A program made the translations under genes and the position numbers. The notes below the pieces were generated by a model. That model searched no databases and was not told the origin of the DNA. It saw only the letters and a list, made by a program, of their open reading frames with translations. A DNA stretch of 64,000 nt from sequence record LR756502.1; one strand, written 5' to 3'. Shown here in pieces: positions 9,039 through 17,186 of the stretch (its first letter is position 1; each line of letters opens with the position of its first letter).

Positions 9039-9302
9039 ATGAGTAATATGTTTATGTCTGATAAATATGATAAGTTTATACGTGAGTATAATAGTCAACA
9101 CACATCATGTCCTAAATGTGGTAGTGTTGAACATTCAACTACATTAATGGGATATATTCCCGATCTTAATAATCTAAAAGATTTTAAAGATAGAAATCTA
9201 TGTACTTGTATTAAATGTGGGGATAAACATTATACTCATGATAGAGTAAGTAAGGCTGATATAAGAGATGGTAAGATAGATAGATTGCTTGATGAAATTT
9301 AA
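9039..9302 (+). CDS. C-tail zinc-ribbon protein
   Basis: CPKCG...CIKCG; ends RDGKIDRLLDEI. Confidence 0.7.
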   Translation: MSNMFMSDKYDKFIREYNSQHTSCPKCGSVEHSTTLMGYIPDLNNLKDFKDRNLCTCIKCGDKHYTHDRVSKADIRDGKIDRLLDEI

Positions 9303-9313
9303 TAACTCAGGAT

Positions 9314-9613
9314 ATGAAACATTATACTAAATGCTTTTACTCGAATTGTTTTATAACATCACTGTATTTAATATTTACTGGTAGAGGTAATACCCTTTTG
9401 ATTTTAAAGAAAAAGAAAGGAATGTTTGAAGAGGGTAGAATACATTGGGCTGTATTAGATAAGAACGGGAACTATTGGAATTTCAGAAGAATAGGCAATA
9501 CTAAAAATAAAATATGTATTAACGGTAGAATAGAAGCTACATTCTTAAATAATAAACGCATAATGGACATTCACGAAAAGAGTATAATCTATAGACTTAA
9601 ACTAACTAAATAA
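9314..9613 (+). CDS. Hypothetical basic protein
   Basis: 99 aa ORF. Confidence 0.6.
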   Translation: MKHYTKCFYSNCFITSLYLIFTGRGNTLLILKKKKGMFEEGRIHWAVLDKNGNYWNFRRIGNTKNKICINGRIEATFLNNKRIMDIHEKSIIYRLKLTK

Positions 9614-9617
9614 AATT

Positions 9618-9881
9618 ATGTATATAGAAAGATTTTTCAACCCACAAGTACAAAATACAAATGAATGTGTTTTTTATAATACAAAAGAAGCATTAGAACA
9701 TTGTGAAAAACATTACACATTCATAAGACATTACTCTTTTAGAGGAGACCAATATATTAAATATGATGGTAAAAATCTAATTTGGAATGATGGTAGTATA
9801 GTTGATAAAGGAAAATTACCTAAAAGTGGTAATGGATGGGGTAAGTATTTTAATGAGATACACAACAGGTGCTCATTTTAG
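9618..9881 (+). CDS. Hypothetical protein
   Basis: 87 aa ORF. Confidence 0.6.
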   Translation: MYIERFFNPQVQNTNECVFYNTKEALEHCEKHYTFIRHYSFRGDQYIKYDGKNLIWNDGSIVDKGKLPKSGNGWGKYFNEIHNRCSF

Positions 9882-10065
9882 TTATATAATTACAGAATAT
9901 GAATAAGAAGATACAGGAACTACACGAGATAGACCGACCAATAGAACTAAAGATGAAACAAATGAGTATTATCTATAGCAAGATAATATCAAAGGGAAAG
10001 TTCATACCCAATCTAAACTGGTCAATCACAAGCCCATTAGAACCAATAGGATTAAAAAGGAGATA

Positions 10066-10173
10066 ATGAAAAATATATTACAATTTTGGGAAGATAGTGC
10101 AATAAGATTACCTTTAGTATTAGGTATGTTAACATTAATAGTAATAATTATTGGTGTGATATTATTGGTGTAA
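10066..10173 (+). CDS. Small membrane peptide (35 aa, not in ORF track)
   Basis: MKNILQFWED...LGMLTLIVIIIGVILLV; TAATG coupling to a 55-aa ORF at 9899-10066. Confidence 0.5.
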   Translation: MKNILQFWEDSAIRLPLVLGMLTLIVIIIGVILLV

Positions 10174-10194
10174 TAGGGTTGTGTATAGTTCATA

Positions 10195-10332
10195 TCACTC
10201 ATCAGCATATTCAAGAAACCCATCAATGACAGAATCAAATTCTTCAGCATACATGTTAAAGTCATCATCAGATAATAAATATCCCCACTCTTTTAACATC
10301 TGTAAATTTTCAAATTTCTTTAAGTGTTTCAT
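10195..10332 (-). CDS. N-tagged acidic microprotein (45 aa, not in ORF track)
   Basis: MKHLKKFE-NLQMLKEWGYLLSDDDFNMYAEEFDSVIDGFLEYADE; TAATG overlap with the upstream gene. Confidence 0.75.
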   Translation of the reverse strand: MKHLKKFENLQMLKEWGYLLSDDDFNMYAEEFDSVIDGFLEYADE

Positions 10333-10865
10333 TAAGATTTTATTATTATATCTATATAGTCAAATCCTTCTCTATTATAAACTATTTTATCGGATTGTAA
10401 CCCATACTTTTTTGGATCAAATTCATGAACTCCTGGTATTATCTTACTCATCTTTACTAATAACTCATCTGGCGTTAGTATTGATCTTTCACTCACATAA
10501 CTATTGTGACCACTCATCCCATGTGGTACATAGACAGATCTAATGGATTGTATATAACCACTATCTAGTAAATATTTTACCTTTGATTCTATTATTAAAT
10601 AGATTTGTTTATATTGATCCATTGTTATACAATCAAGGTTTTTCTTTGAAGGTATTGGTTCGAATCTAACCCAAACACCTCTTTCTTTTTCCGAACTATG
10701 AATACTATATGGTACTTTAAATTCACCATATTGTACAATATCGCTTATAGTTACTGGAACAGGAAAGTCATCAATATCAAATGCTTCTTTACTAATAGTA
10801 AGTAGATCTTTTGAACTTAGTCTACGATAGAATTCAGATTCATTATACTTTTTTAAGTGTTTCAT
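10332..10865 (-). CDS. N-tagged protein (putative virion internal protein)
   Basis: Starts MKHLKKYNES. Confidence 0.65.
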   Translation of the reverse strand: MKHLKKYNESEFYRRLSSKDLLTISKEAFDIDDFPVPVTISDIVQYGEFKVPYSIHSSEKERGVWVRFEPIPSKKNLDCITMDQYKQIYLIIESKVKYLLDSGYIQSIRSVYVPHGMSGHNSYVSERSILTPDELLVKMSKIIPGVHEFDPKKYGLQSDKIVYNREGFDYIDIIIKS

Positions 10866-10875
10866 TTTTGAAATT

Positions 10876-10917
10876 TTATTCTATATACTCAATTTTATTT
10901 TTCTTTAAGTGTTTCAT
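10876..10917 (-). CDS. Tag-only micro-ORF or remnant (13 aa)
   Basis: MKHLKKNKIEYIE*, directly behind TAATATATA (10922-10930). Confidence 0.55.
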   Translation of the reverse strand: MKHLKKNKIEYIE

Positions 10918-10921
10918 AAAG

Positions 10922-10930
10922 TATATATTA
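10922..10930 (-). promoter_or_regulatory. TAATATATA putative phage late promoter
   Basis: Recurrent 9-mer a few nt upstream of N-tagged starts. Confidence 0.6.
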
Positions 10931-10949
10931 TTTATCAAGTGTGTTTTTA

Positions 10950-11060
10950 TATAAGCAGGTTGGAGTATACTTGCTTCCCAAGTTAGGGTAGATGCTGAAA
11001 TCCTCACGGTCGCAATAGAGGATTGATATGTTCTGATTATTAAAGGGTTTCGGTATAACT
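10950..11060. other. GC-enriched intergenic segment with stem-loops (candidate structured RNA)
   Basis: AAGCAGG/CTTGCTT, CCC/GGG and AATCCTC/GAGGATT hairpins in an otherwise AT-rich gap. Confidence 0.3.
11028..11044 (+). repeat. 17-bp direct repeat left of the HNH gene
   Basis: ATGTTCTGATTATTAAA, identical at 11705-11721. Confidence 0.9.
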
Positions 11061-11121
11061 TAAATACCTTAAAACAAAGATACGGATAATATTTGAATCT
11101 ACCAAATAAATATATAATACA

Positions 11122-11700
11122 ATGAAGTATATAAAGGAATATAATGATTTCTTACTGGAACTTAGGAAGGTAGTAACTAGTAGTTCGGGTAGTGGTAGAA
11201 CGAAGTTTATTGATTGGGTACATGATGATCCAATTGATGCTAAGTCACCAAGTTCTGGTATTCTTCTTAAACAACAACTAAGTGATAGAGAATTCCAAGA
11301 TATGGTTGACCTATTTGATCCAGGAACACCAAAGAAAGGCATTAAAAAGCCAAGTGATAGTAGAATGGATAAGTTCAAAGTTACTATGAACAATCTACAA
11401 TTTCTTAAAGATAGAGCCAAAGAGATTGGTGAGCTAAGATGTGAATATTGTAATAAAGGACCTCTTGTTATTTATGATATTAATATGAAGGATGTAACTC
11501 CAGAAAGAATAGCTGATAGAAATTATAGATTTACTAAATTTAAATCAAGTGACGGAGCTACTTGTGATCATAAAGTTCCTCAATCTAAGGGTGGTGATAA
11601 ATTTGACTACTCAAATCTAGCAGTGTGTTGCTATAGATGTAATAAACTAAAGGATGATATGAGTTATGAGGATTGGATGGAGAGATTACGAGCACTTTAA
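11122..11700 (+). CDS. N-tagged HNH endonuclease (McrA/HNH_5-like)
   Basis: CEYC...CDHKVPQSKGG...NLAVCCYRCNKLK; starts MKYIKEYNDFLLE. Confidence 0.85.
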   Translation: MKYIKEYNDFLLELRKVVTSSSGSGRTKFIDWVHDDPIDAKSPSSGILLKQQLSDREFQDMVDLFDPGTPKKGIKKPSDSRMDKFKVTMNNLQFLKDRAKEIGELRCEYCNKGPLVIYDINMKDVTPERIADRNYRFTKFKSSDGATCDHKVPQSKGGDKFDYSNLAVCCYRCNKLKDDMSYEDWMERLRAL

Positions 11701-11704
11701 CCTG

Positions 11705-11721
11705 ATGTTCTGATTATTAAA
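11705..11721 (+). repeat. 17-bp direct repeat right of the HNH gene
   Basis: ATGTTCTGATTATTAAA. Confidence 0.9.
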
Positions 11722-11738
11722 TATAAATATATAACCTA

Positions 11739-12515
11739 ATGAAATACTTAAAAGGATATAAAATATTTGAGTCATCTGTATCTAAACCAGACCTTGTGGA
11801 TAGAATCAAATGGTATTCTAACTACTTACATCAATACATGAAGGATGTTAATAAGTATACCACATCCAATCTTAATTTCGGTTTTAGTTATTCTAAACTA
11901 GAGATAAGGCAAATATTTGAAGCTGCTGAAAAACTAAATCATAACTCATCAGATGGATTCATCAGGGCTATCAGTAATGAGTTTATTACATGGTCTGACT
12001 ATATGATAAAGGATAATGGAAGAATTAGATATAAGTTAAATGACTATCGAATAGATAAAGGATATGATAATTTTACTGATGAGTATAAAGAGGAATATAG
12101 ACATGAGTTATATAAACAACCAGTTTATTGGTTAATATATGCGGCAGTTGGTAGGGATATTAAGGAATCGATAGCTGGTACTATTTGGGATATAACTCCG
12201 AAAAAGAAATTCACTGAAGAGGATAGGATCTTTATATTAGATAGCTTAGAATCGGATTATGATACGATACCACTAACATCAGCATATGCTGATGCAGATT
12301 ATATTAATAAATGTGATGAATATATAAAATCCACTGAACAGGCTAACAATGCAGGAGTTAGTGTTGTGATAAGATTACCTGTTATGAGTGGAGTAAAAAT
12401 GGATTATGATTCTGAATTTATTAATAGATTACAATCTTATTTTTCAGGGGTTCTTATATTAAACGGAAGCAACCATTCAGATTATAGATTGTATCTGCCA
12501 TTTTATCAATGGTAA
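11739..12515 (+). CDS. N-tagged protein
   Basis: MKYLKGYKIFES; TAAATATATA upstream. Confidence 0.65.
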   Translation: MKYLKGYKIFESSVSKPDLVDRIKWYSNYLHQYMKDVNKYTTSNLNFGFSYSKLEIRQIFEAAEKLNHNSSDGFIRAISNEFITWSDYMIKDNGRIRYKLNDYRIDKGYDNFTDEYKEEYRHELYKQPVYWLIYAAVGRDIKESIAGTIWDITPKKKFTEEDRIFILDSLESDYDTIPLTSAYADADYINKCDEYIKSTEQANNAGVSVVIRLPVMSGVKMDYDSEFINRLQSYFSGVLILNGSNHSDYRLYLPFYQW

Positions 12516-12532
12516 CTTAATATATACTTTTC

Positions 12533-13042
12533 ATGAAACACTTAAAGAGATATAACGAATCAGGTACTTGGAATGATTACATAGGCACTCCTAAATCAGA
12601 TAAGATAAAGGATGACAGTGTATTCTATCTACTAGATAATATAGAAGAAGAACTAATGTCTTGCTTCTTATCTTTAAAAGACTTAGTTGTATTTAATAGA
12701 GTTGAGAGTGGATGGGTATCTATCCCACATGGACATGAGAATGGAGTTAATGATGACGCTGAGTATAATAGGTTTGAATTTACAAGTTATTCTAGACCAG
12801 GTGATTTTGCTAATACAAATTACTATGAGGCTTATAGATTGTGGTTTGCTATTAATGACCAAAAGGAACTTATAGATCATGATGGTATTAACTTTGTAAA
12901 AGATAATGATTTACTATTATTATCTGATATATGTAAAGAGCTAAATGATGCAGTTAGTAAGGTAGAGAATATATGTCATTGTGATATAGTTACTAATATT
13001 GATAATGGTGGAGTTGATGTAATAGTATATGCTAGAAAATAA
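12533..13042 (+). CDS. N-tagged protein
   Basis: MKHLKRYNES; TAATATATA at 12518-12526. Confidence 0.65.
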   Translation: MKHLKRYNESGTWNDYIGTPKSDKIKDDSVFYLLDNIEEELMSCFLSLKDLVVFNRVESGWVSIPHGHENGVNDDAEYNRFEFTSYSRPGDFANTNYYEAYRLWFAINDQKELIDHDGINFVKDNDLLLLSDICKELNDAVSKVENICHCDIVTNIDNGGVDVIVYARK

Positions 13043-13050
13043 ATATAGAG

Positions 13051-13518
13051 ATGAAACACTTAAAGACATATAAACTATATGAATCCAACAATGAAGTATT
13101 AGATTATATTGGTGAGATATTACATGATATAGAAGATGATGGATTTGAAGTTAACTATTATGTTAATAGAAATTACACAATTAATATTGATATATCATAT
13201 CTATCACAAGATGGATATCAAAGCAAATTTCTAGGCATTGACCATGATAGAAAATCATTTAGTTGGACTGATATATCAGGATCAATAGAACATATATCGA
13301 GTTATTTAGAAGATTCATCATATGAATTCGTTGAGATACAATATTACTCAAGAACATCAAGGGATTATGTTATATGTGATGATATTAACGATATGGATGG
13401 AGAATCGATTGGAGCAGAATTGATGTTAGGAACATATGATTGTAGAGTAACATTTGGTACTAAATACGAAGCAAGGTCATTAAAAACTGGAAGCGGAGGA
13501 TACTTAACAGATATATGA
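13051..13518 (+). CDS. N-tagged DILxDLxDxG-family protein
   Basis: MKHLKTYKLYES; IGEILHDIEDDGFEV...FSWTDISGSIEHISSYL. Confidence 0.7.
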   Translation: MKHLKTYKLYESNNEVLDYIGEILHDIEDDGFEVNYYVNRNYTINIDISYLSQDGYQSKFLGIDHDRKSFSWTDISGSIEHISSYLEDSSYEFVEIQYYSRTSRDYVICDDINDMDGESIGAELMLGTYDCRVTFGTKYEARSLKTGSGGYLTDI

Positions 13519-13994
13519 AACACTTAAAGAGTTATAATGAATCATGGATGGATAGAGTTGAAGGACCTGACCCCTACAAGGATGAGGTGATGTCAACTAT
13601 CGAAGATATATTTATTGATGCTAAGGATAATGGTGTTAGGGTTGTTGTTAATAATCACGATGCTAATAAAGATGATATAGAGAATAAGGAAATATATATC
13701 TTCCTAGATAAATATGTAACTGAACATAAGAGTGAGTTACTTATGTCTGATGTTAGAGATTCATTTGAAAGACTTAAAGAATATATGATTGAGGAGAGTA
13801 TTGAATTTGATTATGCTTTATTTGAGTTAAAGACACTTAGATCTAAGATTGGTTCTAAGATAAGTGGTGGTGGTCCTAATCTTCGTATATCAAGTGGTCC
13901 TAATCTTCGTATATCAAATGATATTAAAGATTTTTTATGGGCTAGTCCATCAGTTATGTTTGGTCATATTAAAATAGTAGTGAAAATTAAATGA
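13515..13994 (+). CDS. N-tagged DILxDLxDxG-family protein
   Basis: MKHLKSYNES; IEDIFIDAKDNG; 24-bp tandem duplication at 13870-13917. Confidence 0.7.
   Translation: MKHLKSYNESWMDRVEGPDPYKDEVMSTIEDIFIDAKDNGVRVVVNNHDANKDDIENKEIYIFLDKYVTEHKSELLMSDVRDSFERLKEYMIEESIEFDYALFELKTLRSKIGSKISGGGPNLRISSGPNLRISNDIKDFLWASPSVMFGHIKIVVKIK
13870..13917 (+). repeat. Perfect 24-bp tandem duplication, in frame
   Basis: GTGGTCCTAATCTTCGTATATCAA x2, giving GPNLRIS twice. Confidence 0.95.
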
Positions 13995-14767
13995 AACACT
14001 TAAAACCATATAAAATATTTGAATCAAAGAAAGATATTAAAGATAGGATATCTGTTGTAAAGGATTTCCTAACAGAGTTAATTGATGAGGGATATTATAT
14101 TACTTTTGAAACTGTACAAAATGGTACAAGATTAATAGTAAATATAACTAAAGGTAACTCTACTATATTTCATTGGAGTGATATTAAGGATGAGATACTC
14201 AGATTAATTGGACTATCTGATGATAATGGATTAATCTTTAGACACATGGGATATAATTCAGGTAGGAATGTATTTGGTGATAAAGTTAATTCATTTGAAA
14301 CTGATGAGGATATGTTCCTTGTATATTTAGGATTTGATATTAACTATGATGATAAGGAGTTCCACTTAGATAGTGAATCAGTTGAGGACTATTTATATTC
14401 TCTTAGAGATAGTGGGTCTTCACCTATTAAAGAAAATGTTACGAACATTACTAGTGTAAGGGTAGAAACAACTAACCTATTTGTATCTGTACTAAGTAAA
14501 GAACATGAGATAATGGGTGTTGCTAATATGTATATCAGAGGTGATGGATATAGATGGGAAGATATTAAGAATGAATTGATTAAGATACAAGATACATTAA
14601 ATACGATGACTAGTAATTCTTATGTATTGAGAATAGGTAGAGTTAAGGATATATTAAGTAACTTATTAGTTGTACATGAGCATGTATCGAATACTATTGA
14701 TAATGTAGATTCTGAATTAAAGAATGGTAAAATAGCTGATATGGAAATAATAATAAGACATAAATGA
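13991..14767 (+). CDS. N-tagged DILxDLxDxG-family protein
   Basis: MKHLKPYKIFES; VKDFLTELIDEGY...FHWSDIKDEILRL; second RWEDIKNEL repeat. Confidence 0.7.
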   Translation: MKHLKPYKIFESKKDIKDRISVVKDFLTELIDEGYYITFETVQNGTRLIVNITKGNSTIFHWSDIKDEILRLIGLSDDNGLIFRHMGYNSGRNVFGDKVNSFETDEDMFLVYLGFDINYDDKEFHLDSESVEDYLYSLRDSGSSPIKENVTNITSVRVETTNLFVSVLSKEHEIMGVANMYIRGDGYRWEDIKNELIKIQDTLNTMTSNSYVLRIGRVKDILSNLLVVHEHVSNTIDNVDSELKNGKIADMEIIIRHK

Positions 14768-15135
14768 AACACTTAAAGAAATATAATGAGAATTTCTTAT
14801 ATGATAAGAAATTCTCCGAGAGATATGGTATCAATCTTCAAGAGCTTCAGGATATCTGTAAGTATATACTTCAGGAGTTAGCAGATGAGGGATATGATCC
14901 ATATGTTGTTGTAAATGATGATACTATTACAGTTAGTATAGATGGTGTGAATGATTATCAAGTATTCACTATTGAGGAGATGGAGGAACACATCAGTCGA
15001 TTGGAAAGATATATAGGAGAGTTTGGTTACAAAGAGTTAGCGGGTGTTGTCAATTGGAGAAAGTATGTGAGTGATCGTGCGCCCAGTGGAAATTTAGTAA
15101 TTATTTATAAGAGAACAGGAATCCCAAGTATATGA
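14764..15135 (+). CDS. N-tagged DILxDLxDxG-family protein
   Basis: MKHLKKYNEN; CKYILQELADEGY...ISRLERYI. Confidence 0.7.
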   Translation: MKHLKKYNENFLYDKKFSERYGINLQELQDICKYILQELADEGYDPYVVVNDDTITVSIDGVNDYQVFTIEEMEEHISRLERYIGEFGYKELAGVVNWRKYVSDRAPSGNLVIIYKRTGIPSI

Positions 15136-15566
15136 AACACTTAAAGAGATATAATGAATCAACATATAACCAAGTTGATATGGTCAATGACCTAAAGGAT
15201 ATGCTATATGATATGATTGACTTAGGCTTCTATACTAGAGTTAGTGAAGAGAAAGGTCTTATTACAGTTTGTATATCTAGGTCATTCCTTACATTAAGAA
15301 ATATTAAAGGGTTTATTAGAAGTGAGGAAGAGTTAAATGCTTTGAAGGAACTATTAACTAGGGTCAATGAATATGGCAAGTCTTGTGAGCATTTAGTTGA
15401 TAGAACATGGCTTGCTAGGGTAAATAATCTAAGTGATGGTTTAATGAGTGGGCAGTCTATGATGAAAACCCAGCTTAATTATGATTCCTTTAATAAGTTA
15501 ATGAATGATAATAGATGTACGATGTATATAACAATGTACCCTAAAAATAGCAGAAATGTTTTTTAA
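15132..15566 (+). CDS. N-tagged DILxDLxDxG-family protein
   Basis: MKHLKRYNES; LKDMLYDMIDLGF. Confidence 0.7.
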   Translation: MKHLKRYNESTYNQVDMVNDLKDMLYDMIDLGFYTRVSEEKGLITVCISRSFLTLRNIKGFIRSEEELNALKELLTRVNEYGKSCEHLVDRTWLARVNNLSDGLMSGQSMMKTQLNYDSFNKLMNDNRCTMYITMYPKNSRNVF

Positions 15567-15617
15567 AAACGGGATTGAATATGGTCCAAATTATCCCGAC
15601 ATAATATATAAACACAT

Positions 15618-16154
15618 ATGAAACACTTAAAAGGATATAAAGTATTTGAGGATTCACAACGTGAAAAGGATCTACAATGGGCAATAGATAATGGTTTTAT
15701 TGATCAAAATGATTCCGATAAAACTAAAGATATATTAGCCGACCTTATAGATTCAGGTTTCATAATTGATATAGATGGTGGTGCTGAATCCCTTCTTACC
15801 GTTAGTATTAGTAAATCAGATGATACTCGTGATTTCCCAGAAGACTTTGATGATGATGGTGAAAGGTTCTCGAATAATGATTTTGAATTTACATACGATG
15901 AAGTTAAACCAGATATTGATGAGTTGATTAGTCAGTTATCTGATAAGTATCCAAAATATAGTATCTACTTAACACCATCTGGTGGGTATGATTCTCAAGA
16001 TATGGATGAGTTTATATCCAATAGTTTTTCATTAGATGATATATCAAGAGTAATAATATATTTTTACAGGGGATTTTCTGCAGAATCGATAGAGGGAATA
16101 GTATGGCCCCAGAGCTATTTAACCACGTTAAAACCTTTACCATTTAAACCTTAA
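15618..16154 (+). CDS. N-tagged DILxDLxDxG-family protein (acidic)
   Basis: MKHLKGYKVFED; TKDILADLIDSGF; TAATATATA at 15602-15610. Confidence 0.7.
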   Translation: MKHLKGYKVFEDSQREKDLQWAIDNGFIDQNDSDKTKDILADLIDSGFIIDIDGGAESLLTVSISKSDDTRDFPEDFDDDGERFSNNDFEFTYDEVKPDIDELISQLSDKYPKYSIYLTPSGGYDSQDMDEFISNSFSLDDISRVIIYFYRGFSAESIEGIVWPQSYLTTLKPLPFKP

Positions 16155-16216
16155 AGATAAGCAATTAATATATTATATACAAATTAACTTTTCACTCAGA
16201 CTGTTATATAATTCAT

Positions 16217-16414
16217 GTGAAAGTGATGTGTATTCGTTCTCGTGTAAATTTTAACCACACCGTACTAATAGTTGGTAAGGTATACGATGCAGAAGCTGTT
16301 ACTGAAAATATTTATATAGTTAATGGATGGTGGGAGTCCAAGGATTGCTTTACATCACTAGCAGAACATAGAAATAAACAATTAGAATCAATTGGAGTAT
16401 TCGAAACCCTTTAA
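16217..16414 (+). CDS. C-tail SH3-like protein (xVxC family)
   Basis: MKVMCI...VGKVYDA; RNKQLESIGV. Confidence 0.65.
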   Translation: MKVMCIRSRVNFNHTVLIVGKVYDAEAVTENIYIVNGWWESKDCFTSLAEHRNKQLESIGVFETL

Positions 16415-16634
16415 AATGAATAAAATAGTTGAATTCACCGAAGACTATGAGTTTAATGGTAAACTTTATAAGAAAGGACACCGATTCAAAGTAATTGGAT
16501 CATCCTATCGTGGATTAGACCTTGAAGATGCTGATGGCAATAGGATATATGAAACACTATTCATTAGTGCTTTTATTAATCCAGTACCTTTATCCGAATT
16601 AAGAGATGATAAATTAAAAGACTTAGGTATATGA
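16392..16634 (+). CDS. C-tail SH3-like protein
   Basis: KKGHRFKVIG; ends RDDKLKDLGI. Confidence 0.7.
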   Translation: MEYSKPFKMNKIVEFTEDYEFNGKLYKKGHRFKVIGSSYRGLDLEDADGNRIYETLFISAFINPVPLSELRDDKLKDLGI

Positions 16635-16843
16635 AACAAAAACAAAAATATAATGTAGGTGATAAGGTATATAATAAGAGTACCAAGTCATGTGGATACA
16701 TTACTGATATATATGTAAGAGAGGATAACCCACCAAATATACCATTATATAAAACTGATAACTGTTTGACATATCAGTTTGAATCTACCCTTGAATATGA
16801 TGAGGTGTATTTCAAGATGGTTAATAGATATAAAGTTAAATGA
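16631..16843 (+). CDS. KOW/SH3-like protein with an out-of-frame C-tail
   Basis: YNVGDKV; +1 frame at 16827-16856 reads DIKLNDLGI*. Confidence 0.65.
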   Translation: MKQKQKYNVGDKVYNKSTKSCGYITDIYVREDNPPNIPLYKTDNCLTYQFESTLEYDEVYFKMVNRYKVK

Positions 16844-16852
16844 CTTGGGTAT

Positions 16853-17182
16853 ATGAAAGCTAGTATTAAATGCGAATCTGTTTTTACTATTACTAACCGA
16901 GGTGTTGTTGTTACCGGAGAATTAATACATGGTGATGTTAGTATTGGTGATATGGTTGTTATAAAGGATAAGTTAGTTATAATATCTGGGGTTGATAACT
17001 TCACTAGACACCACACATCTCGGTACCATTCCGACACAGGCTTATTTAGTGAAGGGGTTTTTTGTGGTATATTACTCAAAGGTATTAAAAAAGAAGATTG
17101 TGTTGGGATAATTACAAAAACACTAGATGTTTTTGGTAAGGATGATTTAAGGAATGATAAGTTAAATGAATTATTAAAATAG
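16853..17182 (+). CDS. Stand-alone EF-Tu domain II-like protein with C-tail
   Basis: ESVFTITNRGVVVTG, ISGVDNF and CGILLKGIKKED align by eye to EF-Tu EDVFSISGRGTVVTG, TGVEMF and VGVLLRGIKREE; ends RNDKLNELLK. Confidence 0.8.
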   Translation: MKASIKCESVFTITNRGVVVTGELIHGDVSIGDMVVIKDKLVIISGVDNFTRHHTSRYHSDTGLFSEGVFCGILLKGIKKEDCVGIITKTLDVFGKDDLRNDKLNELLK

Positions 17183-17186
17183 AAAT

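Noticed and set aside
10657-10666. GGTTCGAATC, resembling a tRNA T-arm
   Set aside because: Lies inside CDS 10332-10865, with no acceptor, D or anticodon stems; no tRNA genes were seen in the window.
10950-11721. Group I/II intron, hammerhead ribozyme, known riboswitch or IS200/605 (HEARO/omega RNA) assignment for the hairpins plus HNH
   Set aside because: No group I P/Q/R/S elements, domain V, CUGANGA/GAAA core, RuvC motifs or transposase could be recognised, and no interrupted host gene flanks it. Kept only as an unassigned candidate.
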